56,541 bases of DNA from Candidatus Nomurabacteria bacterium (GCA_020845875.1 JADLEY010000011.1:1-56541), one strand, 5' to 3'. Counted from the first letter of the stretch, positions 26,324 through 34,800 are shown. Notes: a model not told the origin generated them from the sequence alone. Made by a program: numbers and translations.

Positions 26324-26600
26324 CTGCGCGAGAGATCATCCGTGTCACCACCCTTTGAATGCTCTCAGGGCTGTATTGTATTCGGCATCTCATTCAGCAG
26401 AATGACCTACTGGGGTAATGCCCTAATATCTCGCGCCAAGTATCTTCTTTTTTGAGAAATACATGCACCACCCTACCCGAAGCCATGACCGCGGATACAC
26501 TCGATGCAAGGATACTGGTTTCGGTAGCGGAAAGCCTTGACCGTCCGCATATGCACCTACTGCCGAGGACCATTATACATTTTTTATTATGAGAAAAAAT

Positions 26601-26634
26601 TAGCCCTTGTTCCAAAATTTCGGAACAAGGGCTA
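26601..26634 (-). terminator. Intrinsic terminator / hairpin downstream of the DGR target gene
   Basis: TAGCCCTTGTTCC-8 nt-GGAACAAGGGCTA (13 bp), followed on the minus strand by ATTTTTTCTC. Confidence 0.75.
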
Positions 26635-26669
26635 AGGACTAAATTCAAAGAGCTGAAGTAATCAGCGTC

Positions 26670-27302
26670 TTAGTTTTGAGAACTAACTTGCGAAACGGCA
26701 AACGCGAACCCGAGCCCACGACCCCACCCGTCGCCAGGCTTGCCATAGCACGCGCTGAGCCAACGCCCATCGCCACCACGGTCCGCGCTGAGCAAGCTCG
26801 GACCACCATCGGAATCCTTAATTGGTTCGTGCATTGTGACGATCCAGATAAGGCCCATCGCTTTGAGACACTCGTCCGTGAATTTCTCACGAATAAGGCA
26901 AGCTATCTCAGCATTCGGTGTTTCGAAGTTTCGGTCTTCTGCGTTTTTGCGGATGTTTTTGGTGATCCGCTGGTTGTCTTCGAACAGCATGCCCTTCAGA
27001 ACGGCTACCTCGGTTGTTACGCCGGTTGTAGGTTTGAAGTCTTTTGAAAGAAGCACCTGTTTGGCATGACTGCCAACGCGGAAATCTTTCTTTTCAAGGC
27101 GGACTATCCATTCGGCACCAGTGGCACCATCGGATGTTACGGTGAAGTAAATTACTCCGTCATGTTCACGCCAGCTTTTTTCCAGTTCGGAAACCGAAGT
27201 TTCGCCGCGTAAGAATTTAAGAGCTCCGTCTTTGCCACCGAGTTTCTTCACGATGGCGTTCAGTTGGCCGGCAGTTAAGTCGGCAGATGCGAATTTTTCC
27301 AT
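26670..27302 (-). CDS. DGR target (variable) protein with C-terminal VR
   Basis: 210 aa from ATG 27302; the track ORF starts at TTG 27347. VR codes SDGGPSLLSADRGGDGRWLSACYGKPGDGWGRGLGFAFAVSQ, ending 5 codons before the stop. No signal peptide or TM helix is visible. Confidence 0.8.
   Translation of the reverse strand: MEKFASADLTAGQLNAIVKKLGGKDGALKFLRGETSVSELEKSWREHDGVIYFTVTSDGATGAEWIVRLEKKDFRVGSHAKQVLLSKDFKPTTGVTTEVAVLKGMLFEDNQRITKNIRKNAEDRNFETPNAEIACLIREKFTDECLKAMGLIWIVTMHEPIKDSDGGPSLLSADRGGDGRWLSACYGKPGDGWGRGLGFAFAVSQVSSQN
26688..26813 (-). repeat. DGR variable repeat (VR)
   Basis: Differs from TR at 18 positions, all corresponding to TR adenines. The invariant 25-nt 3' block is 26688-26712. 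Confidence 0.9.
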
Positions 27303-27449
27303 GTTGTTATGGTTTTTATTTTTCCTTACTCCAGGATCGAACTGCAACCACTGTGGTCACAGCCATGAAATTCCGACCAGATATTCAATCGTCAGGACCT
27401 CGTGGCTATGACCACTCGCAAGTTAGATTACAATGAACATATTAGTGAC

Positions 27450-27458
27450 ATTGTAGCA
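27450..27458 (-). promoter_or_regulatory. Extended -10 box driving the DGR target gene (long leader)
   Basis: Minus strand TGCTACAAT (27458->27450), about 147 nt upstream of ATG 27302. Confidence 0.45.
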
Positions 27459-27502
27459 CTATTAAACTTAAAAGTCAATAGGCAGAAAAAGCTTGTGGAT
27501 AT

Positions 27503-27511
27503 TGCTATACT
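27503..27511 (+). promoter_or_regulatory. Extended -10 box of dnaE
   Basis: TGCTATACT, 8 nt upstream of ATG 27520. Confidence 0.5.
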
Positions 27512-27519
27512 TCCCCCAC

Positions 27520-30500
27520 ATGAGCTTCGTCCACCTCCACACGCACAGCCACTATTCCCTCCTCGACGGGCTCTCCAAAATCCCCGACCTCGTCGCCCGT
27601 GCCAAGGAGTTTGGCATGCCCGCACTCGCCCTTACCGATCACGGCGCGATGTACGGTGCGATTGAGTTTTATAAAGAATGCAAGGCGGCCGGTATCAAGC
27701 CTATTATCGGCGTCGAGGCCTACATGGCCGAGCGTACCCGTTTTGACAAAGAGCCTGGACTCGACTCTAAGCGCTACCATCTCACCCTCCTTGCCAAAAA
27801 CAACACCGGCTACAAAAACCTCATGAAAATGGTTTCTAAAGCGCATCTCGAAGGTTACTACTACAAGCCGCGCATGGATTACGACCTCTTGCGTGAGTAC
27901 GCCGAAGGCATCATCTGTCTTTCAGGCTGCCCGGGAAGCCGCTTCATCACTCACCTCAAAGCGGGAAATATCGAAGAGGCGAAAAAACTACTGAATTTTT
28001 ATATCGAACTATTCGGCAAAGACAATGTGTATGTCGAAGTGATTAACCACAAAGAAATCGACTGGTACTTGCCGCTTATTCCGACCATCGTGCAGCTAGC
28101 ACAAGAGATGGATTTGCCCATCGTCGGTACGTGGGATAGCCACTATCTCAACAAGGGGGATGCCGAGGCGCAAGACACGCTGGTGGCCATCAACATGGGC
28201 AGCATCGTCGGCGAAAACAAGATGTCGATGAAGGAGGGCGACTACTCTTTTATCAGCTCCGAGGAAGCGAAAGAGATTTTTAAAGATATTCAGGGCGCCG
28301 TCGAAAATACGCTGAAGCTCGCTGAGACAGTGGACATCGAGATCGAGTTCTCGCCGTGGCGCTTCCCTGCTTATCCGATTCCCGAGGGGTCAACGTATGA
28401 CGATGAGCTGAAGAAGGCGACGTACGAAGGTATGAAGGACATAGGCTACCCCGATACCGAAGAGACGCGGGGACGCGTTGAGTTTGAGCTTGATATTATC
28501 AAAAACAAGGGATTCTCTTCGTACTTCCTCGTAGAGGCAGACCTCGTGCAGGCAGCGCGTCGCATGGGCATTTACACCAACACCAGGGGAAGCGCCGCGG
28601 GCTCTCTCATCTCGTACCTCATGGGCATCACCACTGTAGACCCTATCAAATACAAGCTGCCGTTTGAACGCTTCCTCAACCCGCTTCGCCCGGGCATCCC
28701 CGATATCGACCTCGATATCGCCGACGACCGCAGAGACGACCTCATCATGTATGTGCGCGAGAAATACGGCATGGGCGCGGTCGCACAGATCTGTACCTTC
28801 GGTACCATGGCAGCGCGCGGTAGTGTGCGCGATGTGGCGCGCGCACTCGGCTACCCCTACACGACGGGAGACAAAATTTCTAAGATGATACCGCTGGGAA
28901 GCCAAGGCTTCCCGATGACCATCGACCACGCTCTTGAGCTCGTGCCCGAGCTCAAGGAACAGTACGACAGCGATCGTCCGACGAGAGAGATTATCGACAT
29001 GGCAAAAAAAATTGAAGGAAATGCCCGCCATATATCTATCCATGCGGCGGGGGTCGTCATCGCTCCCATCGCTGATATTACAGAGTTCACCCCCATCCAG
29101 TACGACCCGAAGGGCGAGAACAAAATCATCACCCAGTACGATATGTTCTCAGGAGGACGCGACGGTGTGGTCAACATGCCGAAGTTTGACATGCTCGGCA
29201 TCCGCAACCTGCAGTTTATCACGGGCGCTATCGAACGGATCAAAAAGATTCGCGATATCGACGTCGATATCGATGCTATTCCGCTTGATGACATCAAGGT
29301 GTTTGAGATGCTCGCGCGAGGCGAGACGGTCGGCGTCTTTCAGATGGCAGGAGGCGGCATGACGGCGTATGTGAAGGATTTGAAACCGACTACCGTGGAC
29401 GACCTCATGGCGATGGTCGCACTCTACCGCCCAGGCCCGATGGAGGTAATCCCTGAGTACATCAGACGCAAGCAGCACCCCGAGCTCATCACCTATCCTG
29501 ATCCGCGGCTCAAAGACGACCTCACGGCGTCCTACGGGCTCCTGGTGTATCAAGACGACGTGCTCATCACCGCTATCCGTCTCGCCGGCTACAGCTGGCT
29601 CGATGCCGACAAGTTCCGCAAGGCCATGGGGAAAAAGATTCCCGCAGAAATGGCAGAGCAGAAGGATAAGTTTTATAAGGGCTGCAAAGAGCACGGTGGG
29701 CTCGAGAAGAAAAAAATCGACGAGCTATGGAAGCTCATCGAGCCGTTTGCGGCGTACGGATTCAACAAGGCGCACGCGGCAAGCTACGGCATGGTGGCAT
29801 ACAAGACCGCCTACCTCAAGGCAAATTACCCGGCAGAGTATCTCACCACGTGTATGACCGCAGAAGCCGGCGATATCGAAGTCTGCAGCGAATATATAGG
29901 TGAGGCACGCCGTATGGGCTTCACCATCCTCCCGCCTGACATCAACGAGTCGTTTTCGGACTTCACTGTGGTCGTCGACGATAGCGGCCAGCCGACGAAA
30001 AACATCCGCTTTGGCCTTAACAATGTCAAAAATTTCGGCGAAGAAATCGGGAAAGCAATCATTGCCGAACGAAAAGCGCGCGGCCCATATGTATCCATCG
30101 AGGACTTTCTTGAGCGCGTCCAGCACAGAAATCTCACCAAAAAGTCTCTTGAAGCGCTCATCATGTGTGGGGCGATGGATGGGCTCGGTGAGCGAGGTCT
30201 CTTCCTCTCCAACATCGAGCGCCTGCTCGAATTTCATAAACATATCGAAAAATTTATCGGCGCCGGCGCATCGCTTTTTGACGGACTAGACTCTGCTCCC
30301 AAGAGTACACTTACTCTCGCTCCTACGGAGCCGATGCCGGCAACCCAGCGCTTTGCTCACGAAAAGGAACTCCTTGGTCTCTACCTCTCCGGCCACCCGC
30401 TGGATAGCTTCGGCGAGCAGATTGCAAAAACAAAGCAGACAATTGTCGGGCTCCTCGAAAAGAAGAATGTCCGCGGGGCGCTCCTTGTCGCTCATATCGA

Positions 30501-30717
30501 CTTCGTCAAACCGCTCATTACCAAATCAAACGCGCGCATGGCATTTGTCGGGCTGCATGACAAGACCGGCGCTATGGAAGGCGTTGTCTTCCCCGAAGTA
30601 TTCAAACAAGTCGGTGCTCTCCTCGAAGAGGGCAAAGTAACAGTACTGCAGGGAGATGTGCTCGACCGCAATGAAAAAATCGCCTTCTCCATAAAAAACC
30701 TCAAAGTGCTCTCGTAG
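27520..30717 (+). CDS. dnaE: DNA polymerase III alpha subunit
   Basis: PHP N-terminus MSFVHLHTHSHYSLLDG, polymerase core, OB fold. Start moved to ATG 27520. Confidence 0.95.
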   Translation: MSFVHLHTHSHYSLLDGLSKIPDLVARAKEFGMPALALTDHGAMYGAIEFYKECKAAGIKPIIGVEAYMAERTRFDKEPGLDSKRYHLTLLAKNNTGYKNLMKMVSKAHLEGYYYKPRMDYDLLREYAEGIICLSGCPGSRFITHLKAGNIEEAKKLLNFYIELFGKDNVYVEVINHKEIDWYLPLIPTIVQLAQEMDLPIVGTWDSHYLNKGDAEAQDTLVAINMGSIVGENKMSMKEGDYSFISSEEAKEIFKDIQGAVENTLKLAETVDIEIEFSPWRFPAYPIPEGSTYDDELKKATYEGMKDIGYPDTEETRGRVEFELDIIKNKGFSSYFLVEADLVQAARRMGIYTNTRGSAAGSLISYLMGITTVDPIKYKLPFERFLNPLRPGIPDIDLDIADDRRDDLIMYVREKYGMGAVAQICTFGTMAARGSVRDVARALGYPYTTGDKISKMIPLGSQGFPMTIDHALELVPELKEQYDSDRPTREIIDMAKKIEGNARHISIHAAGVVIAPIADITEFTPIQYDPKGENKIITQYDMFSGGRDGVVNMPKFDMLGIRNLQFITGAIERIKKIRDIDVDIDAIPLDDIKVFEMLARGETVGVFQMAGGGMTAYVKDLKPTTVDDLMAMVALYRPGPMEVIPEYIRRKQHPELITYPDPRLKDDLTASYGLLVYQDDVLITAIRLAGYSWLDADKFRKAMGKKIPAEMAEQKDKFYKGCKEHGGLEKKKIDELWKLIEPFAAYGFNKAHAASYGMVAYKTAYLKANYPAEYLTTCMTAEAGDIEVCSEYIGEARRMGFTILPPDINESFSDFTVVVDDSGQPTKNIRFGLNNVKNFGEEIGKAIIAERKARGPYVSIEDFLERVQHRNLTKKSLEALIMCGAMDGLGERGLFLSNIERLLEFHKHIEKFIGAGASLFDGLDSAPKSTLTLAPTEPMPATQRFAHEKELLGLYLSGHPLDSFGEQIAKTKQTIVGLLEKKNVRGALLVAHIDFVKPLITKSNARMAFVGLHDKTGAMEGVVFPEVFKQVGALLEEGKVTVLQGDVLDRNEKIAFSIKNLKVLS

Positions 30718-30768
30718 ATTGACGGCTACCATTTGCGTGGTACAATCTTACAAACAAAACAGCGTTCT

Positions 30769-31209
30769 ATGGAAATACAAACACACGCCACTGGTCCTTG
30801 GTATGTCGACGGTCTCACACTGCCAAAAGCAATCGGGTCCATCCTCAGGGGGAGCAAAAAGCCTGCTCGTTTTGAAAGCAGAGCGCATGCACGGCACTGG
30901 TTTCTGGTAGACAGTATTCGTACGCTGGTTAAAAAAGTCCACGAGCATAACGCAAAAGGATTTTCTCAGCCGCGAGCACTTTCTCGCAGGGACTACCCGG
31001 TACTGTACAGACAAGAAGCGCCATCGCACCTCTTTGAACAGGTGTACCATTCTCTGTGCGCCACTATCGGCGTCTCTCTTCCCAAAGCAGAGTGTATCGA
31101 ACACTTACGGAAGAGCGTCACCCGCATCATTCTCGCTTCGCACCGACCGGACAAAAAGCAGGTGGGTAGAAAGAAGGCGTTACCGGCACAGCTGGCACTC
31201 TTCCACTAA
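30769..31209 (+). CDS. Hypothetical protein
   Basis: ORF with first ATG at 30769. No recognisable motif. Confidence 0.4.
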   Translation: MEIQTHATGPWYVDGLTLPKAIGSILRGSKKPARFESRAHARHWFLVDSIRTLVKKVHEHNAKGFSQPRALSRRDYPVLYRQEAPSHLFEQVYHSLCATIGVSLPKAECIEHLRKSVTRIILASHRPDKKQVGRKKALPAQLALFH

Positions 31210-31237
31210 TGTACACAGACCAAAGACCTTATCAACG

Positions 31238-31266
31238 CAAAAGACGGCTCTCGCCGTCTTTTTTTT
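31238..31266. terminator. Bidirectional intrinsic terminator
   Basis: AAAAGACGGC-tctc-GCCGTCTTTT followed by TTTT. Confidence 0.8.
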
Positions 31267-31275
31267 GTGCGTTCG

Positions 31276-31839
31276 TTAGACTGTGGTCGCGTCAATCTTT
31301 TTCATGATTCCCATCACTTCGCTCGAGTACGTTGCCACGACTGAAGGAGGGTTATAGGTATCAAGGATGGCCTTGGTAGACTTTCCTTTGTAATACCGAG
31401 CGGTCTTTTCATTGTGCCCGCCAAGGTTCATGGCGACCACGTCGATCGCGTGTTCGAAACTTTCGAACTTGATCTTACAGCTTCCCCAGCCAAACGGGTT
31501 GTTTCCGCAAGCAAACTTCCCGCCGGTAGACTCGCGCATGGCGATACCCGCGATGAGGTAGGGGTCGATCCCGTACTTCTCTCCGGCGAGCACCATTGTC
31601 ATACCGTCGCCGGCAAGTGGAAGGTTATATTTCCCGTAGTACGTGTCGATCTTGGCAGCCTTCTCCTCTCTTTCCAAGGTGAGCGCTTGCTCCTCTTCCG
31701 ACAGTACAATGGGGGTGGAAGCGTGGTCACGCAACGCCTCTGCAACCGATGAGGTTAACGTGTTCATCGAGATGCTCGAAGCGAGCATTGGCACAATAAT
31801 GAATGATCGAAGAATCGATCCTTTTTGTTTTGTATGCAT
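31276..31839 (-). CDS. Putative peptidoglycan hydrolase (glucosaminidase/lysozyme-like)
   Basis: IAMRESTGGKFACGNNPFGWG...FESFEHAIDVVAMNL resembles the glucosaminidase (LytD/FlgJ) domain. Signal-like N-terminus from ATG 31839. Confidence 0.5.
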   Translation of the reverse strand: MHTKQKGSILRSFIIVPMLASSISMNTLTSSVAEALRDHASTPIVLSEEEQALTLEREEKAAKIDTYYGKYNLPLAGDGMTMVLAGEKYGIDPYLIAGIAMRESTGGKFACGNNPFGWGSCKIKFESFEHAIDVVAMNLGGHNEKTARYYKGKSTKAILDTYNPPSVVATYSSEVMGIMKKIDATTV

Positions 31840-31911
31840 AGACTCCGGTTGAGCTCCGGAAACTCCGTAACAGTGGAACGCTTTGAGGGAAATTGCCCTA
31901 AAAAGCAAAAA

Positions 31912-31938
31912 TTCGAGTACCGTAGAAGGCTACTCGAA
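31912..31938 (-). terminator. Minus-strand intrinsic terminator in the secA-hydrolase spacer
   Basis: TTCGAGTA-11 nt-TACTCGAA followed by TTTTTGCTTTTT on the minus strand. Confidence 0.55.
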
Positions 31939-31947
31939 CCTGTCAAT

Positions 31948-31976
31948 ATGATAGCATAAGTGATAGAAAATGTCAA
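31948..31976 (-). promoter_or_regulatory. Consensus-like promoter directly upstream of the 31912-31938 terminator
   Basis: Minus strand TTGACA (31976->31971), 17 nt, TGC-TATCAT (31956->31948). Confidence 0.45.
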
Positions 31977-32087
31977 TGGTTACACCATGAGAAAAAGATA
32001 TGTCAAACGAAAAATACTCTTATTTTATAAGGGTATTTTTATGCCCGATGTTTGACAAAATGTAACCAATATTGTCCAAAAATGCAC

Positions 32088-34388
32088 CTATTGCTTGGCT
32101 TTTGAGATACTGGAGACGCTCTGAATCACCTGCTCGGCAAGGCGGCTCTCCATTTCCTTAAACAGGCGGGTCGCCTCCTTCTTATACTCCACTAGCGGCT
32201 CCCTTTGTCCGTAGGCGCGTAGCCCTACCGACTGACGCATGTGCTCCATGGTGTCGATATGCTCTACCCAGAGTGTGTCGGTAACAGACAAAATGACCCG
32301 TCGCACTGTCTCCCAAAAGGGCACCTCTCCTACCAACTCGATTTTCTCTTTTACTATCGGTTCGAGTGCCCCATCGGCCCCCAGACCATAAAAAGTGCTG
32401 ATGATATGCCCGCGGTCGCCCTCCAGCATCGCGCGACGGCGGCCATAGACAATGTCTCTCTGGTACGAGAGCACGGTGTCATATTCGAGGGTATGCTTGC
32501 GGGCGTCGAAGTGGAAGCCTTCGATTTTCTTCTGGGCAGACTCGAGCGAACGAGTGACCATGCCACTTTGAATCGGCTGGTCTTCGGGAAGACCGAGCTT
32601 TGCCATCATGCCCTTGATGCGGTCAGAACCGAAGATACGCATCAGGTCATCTTCGAGCGAGACATAAAACTGCGTCTCTCCCGGGTCGCCCTGACGGCCG
32701 GAGCGGCCGCGGAGCTGATTGTCGATACGGCGCGCTTCGTGGCGCTCGGTACCGATAACGTAGAGCCCGCCAAGCGCACGGACTTCTTCCTGCTCTTCTG
32801 GAGTCGAAGGATTGCCTCCTAGAATGATGTCCACACCGCGCCCTGCCATGTTGGTCGCGATGACAACACTTCCCTTTTTCCCCGATTGCGCAATGATTTC
32901 TCCCTCACGTTCATGGTTTTTTGCATTAAGCACCTGATGAGGTACCCCTTCACGCTTGAGATATGCAGAAAAGAGCTCGTTTTTCTCGATAGAGACGGTA
33001 CCGATGAGTACTGGCTGCCCTTTGGCATGCAATTCTTTTACCTTGCGGGCAATAGCCTCAAACTTCCCCTGCTCGGTGAGAAAAATAAGATCAGTACGAT
33101 CAATACGTTGCGTGTCGCGGTGCGTTGGGATAGTAACCACTGGCAAGCGATACACTTTGAGAAATTCTTCTTCTGAAGTCTTGGCAGTCCCTGTCATCCC
33201 AGAGAGTTTCCTATAAAATTTGAAATAGTTTTGGTAGGTAATCGACGCTACCGAACGAGTCTCTTGCTCGATCTTCACCCCTTCTTTTGCTTCGATCGCT
33301 TGATGCAATCCTTCGCTCCAACGGCGCCCTGGCTGCATACGTCCAGTAAATGGATCAACAATGATGACTTCTCCATCTTTCACAACATAGTCCTTGTCTT
33401 TATGAAAAAGAGCGTGAGCACGTACTGCTGTTTCAAGATAGTGAACATATCGCACACTTTCAATCGTATACATATCTTTGATGCCAAGAAGCTTCTCAGC
33501 GCGAGTAATCCCTTCGTCGGTGAGCTGAATAGCTTTGCGTTTTTCGTCGAGAGTATAATGCGTCTGCACTTCAAGTGAAGCTGCCACCTTTGAGATACTC
33601 TTGTAGAGCGCCTCTGATTCGGCGACTGCCGAAGAGATAATGAGCGGTGTGCGGCTTTCGTCGATAAGGATAGAGTCCACTTCGTCAACCACAGCAAAAG
33701 AGTGCGGGCGTTGGACGACATCTTCTTTGCGCTGAGCAAGATTGTCGCGCAGATAATCAAAGCCGTACTGACTATTCGTACCGTAGGTGATGTCTGCTTC
33801 GTAAGCTTCTTTGCGAGTCACCGGACGGAGAAATTGCGTCACTACCTTAAACGAACCTTTTTCATCGCGTTCTTCATCTGCTTCTTGATGGGTAGGATCA
33901 TAAATAAATGACTGATTTTGATCATTGATCACGCCGACAGAGAGTCCGAGGAAACTGTAGATTTCTCCCATCCAAGTCGCATCTCGACGAGCAAGATAGT
34001 CGTTGACGGTTACCACATGTACCCCCTCTCCAGAGAGTGCGTTGAGATATACCGGCAGTGTTGCCACGAGCGTCTTCCCTTCTCCAGTGCGCATTTCAGC
34101 AATCTTTCCATCATGGAGCACCTGTCCGCCAATAAGCTGCACATCGTAGTGACGTTTCCCAGTAGTACGGTATGACGCTTCCCGCACGAGTGCAAATGCC
34201 TCTGGCAAGAGAGTATCGAGCGATTCTCCTTGCTGGAAACGCACCTTAAGATCAGTGGTGTACGCTGGAAACTGCTCATCGGTAAGTGTTTGCATTTTTG
34301 GTTCCAGCGCATTTATCTCACCAACCCGTGCTCGATAGTGGCGGATCTGGCCCTTATCAAAAAGGCCTTGAATAAAAGGGATTTCCAT
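32088..34388 (-). CDS. secA: Preprotein translocase ATPase SecA
   Basis: MRTGEGKT Walker A, DEVDSILIDE, TNMAGRGVDI. 766 aa. Confidence 0.95.
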   Translation of the reverse strand: MEIPFIQGLFDKGQIRHYRARVGEINALEPKMQTLTDEQFPAYTTDLKVRFQQGESLDTLLPEAFALVREASYRTTGKRHYDVQLIGGQVLHDGKIAEMRTGEGKTLVATLPVYLNALSGEGVHVVTVNDYLARRDATWMGEIYSFLGLSVGVINDQNQSFIYDPTHQEADEERDEKGSFKVVTQFLRPVTRKEAYEADITYGTNSQYGFDYLRDNLAQRKEDVVQRPHSFAVVDEVDSILIDESRTPLIISSAVAESEALYKSISKVAASLEVQTHYTLDEKRKAIQLTDEGITRAEKLLGIKDMYTIESVRYVHYLETAVRAHALFHKDKDYVVKDGEVIIVDPFTGRMQPGRRWSEGLHQAIEAKEGVKIEQETRSVASITYQNYFKFYRKLSGMTGTAKTSEEEFLKVYRLPVVTIPTHRDTQRIDRTDLIFLTEQGKFEAIARKVKELHAKGQPVLIGTVSIEKNELFSAYLKREGVPHQVLNAKNHEREGEIIAQSGKKGSVVIATNMAGRGVDIILGGNPSTPEEQEEVRALGGLYVIGTERHEARRIDNQLRGRSGRQGDPGETQFYVSLEDDLMRIFGSDRIKGMMAKLGLPEDQPIQSGMVTRSLESAQKKIEGFHFDARKHTLEYDTVLSYQRDIVYGRRRAMLEGDRGHIISTFYGLGADGALEPIVKEKIELVGEVPFWETVRRVILSVTDTLWVEHIDTMEHMRQSVGLRAYGQREPLVEYKKEATRLFKEMESRLAEQVIQSVSSISKAKQ

Positions 34389-34398
34389 AGTGGGAGTT

Positions 34399-34407
34399 AT
34401 TTTACCA
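34399..34407 (-). promoter_or_regulatory. Extended -10 box of secA
   Basis: Minus strand TGGTAAAAT, 10 nt upstream of ATG 34388. Confidence 0.5.
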
Positions 34408-34507
34408 CAAAAGGGATTTCCGATCCAGAACGGATCCAGCCGTAGATCCTAACGAATCTACGGCTGGAAGTGGAAAGAGAGTGAGTTCCGCAACATGCGG
34501 AAGAAGA

Positions 34508-34606
34508 CTATTTCTTCTTCTTTTTTGCTGCCTTCTTCTTTGAAGCCTTCTTTGCTGACTTCTTCTTTGCAACCTTCTTCTTAGCTGCCTTTTTCTTTGC
34601 TGCCAT
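34508..34606 (-). CDS. Lys/Ala-rich histone-H1-like micro-protein (32 aa)
   Basis: Hand translation: MAAKKKAAKKKVAKKKSAKKASKKKAAKKKKK. The overlapping Arg-rich track ORF is a different frame of the same low-complexity DNA. Confidence 0.35.
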   Translation of the reverse strand: MAAKKKAAKKKVAKKKSAKKASKKKAAKKKKK

Positions 34607-34800
34607 ACAATTGTATTCAACTATCTTTTAATCTTCTGTGATGATCGACCACTAAATTGTGATTGAACGCGTTATCACCACATGTATTACAATTATCGCG
34701 CGCAATAGCATCACATGCAATATTTTTTTTCAAAAACTGTGGATAACTTTTTATTATTTCAATAAAATAAAAAAACTTTTGCGAATGCAAAAGTTTTTGT

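Larger units (their letters stand above)
24768..27458 (-). mobile_element. Diversity-generating retroelement (DGR) cassette: target(VR) - TR - avd (opposite strand) - RT
   Basis: All four canonical parts are present, and the TR/VR mismatches are adenine-specific (see components and findings). Confidence 0.9.

Noticed and set aside
26198-27047. Two plus-strand ORFs (26198-26455 and 26676-27047) encoding similar peptides (NGKREPVPTIPPVVRL... / NGKREPEPTTPPVARL...), which could be read as paralogous genes.
   Set aside because: They are the antisense readout of the TR and VR. The similarity is explained by the 126-nt repeat, and the differences follow the A-specific pattern on the other strand.
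27325-27410. T-arm-like GTTCGATCC and tRNA-like stems upstream of the DGR target, as a possible tRNA or tRNA remnant.
   Set aside because: The T-stem has only 3-4 pairs, and no acceptor, D or anticodon arms can be folded into a cloverleaf. It is treated as part of a structured leader instead.
34402-34620. Arg/Gln-rich 72-aa ORF (QQRKRQLRRRLQRR...).
   Set aside because: It is a frame artefact of the AAG/GCA-rich tract. The Lys/Ala frame has an ATG and a stop bracketing exactly the repeat region. Confidence is low either way.
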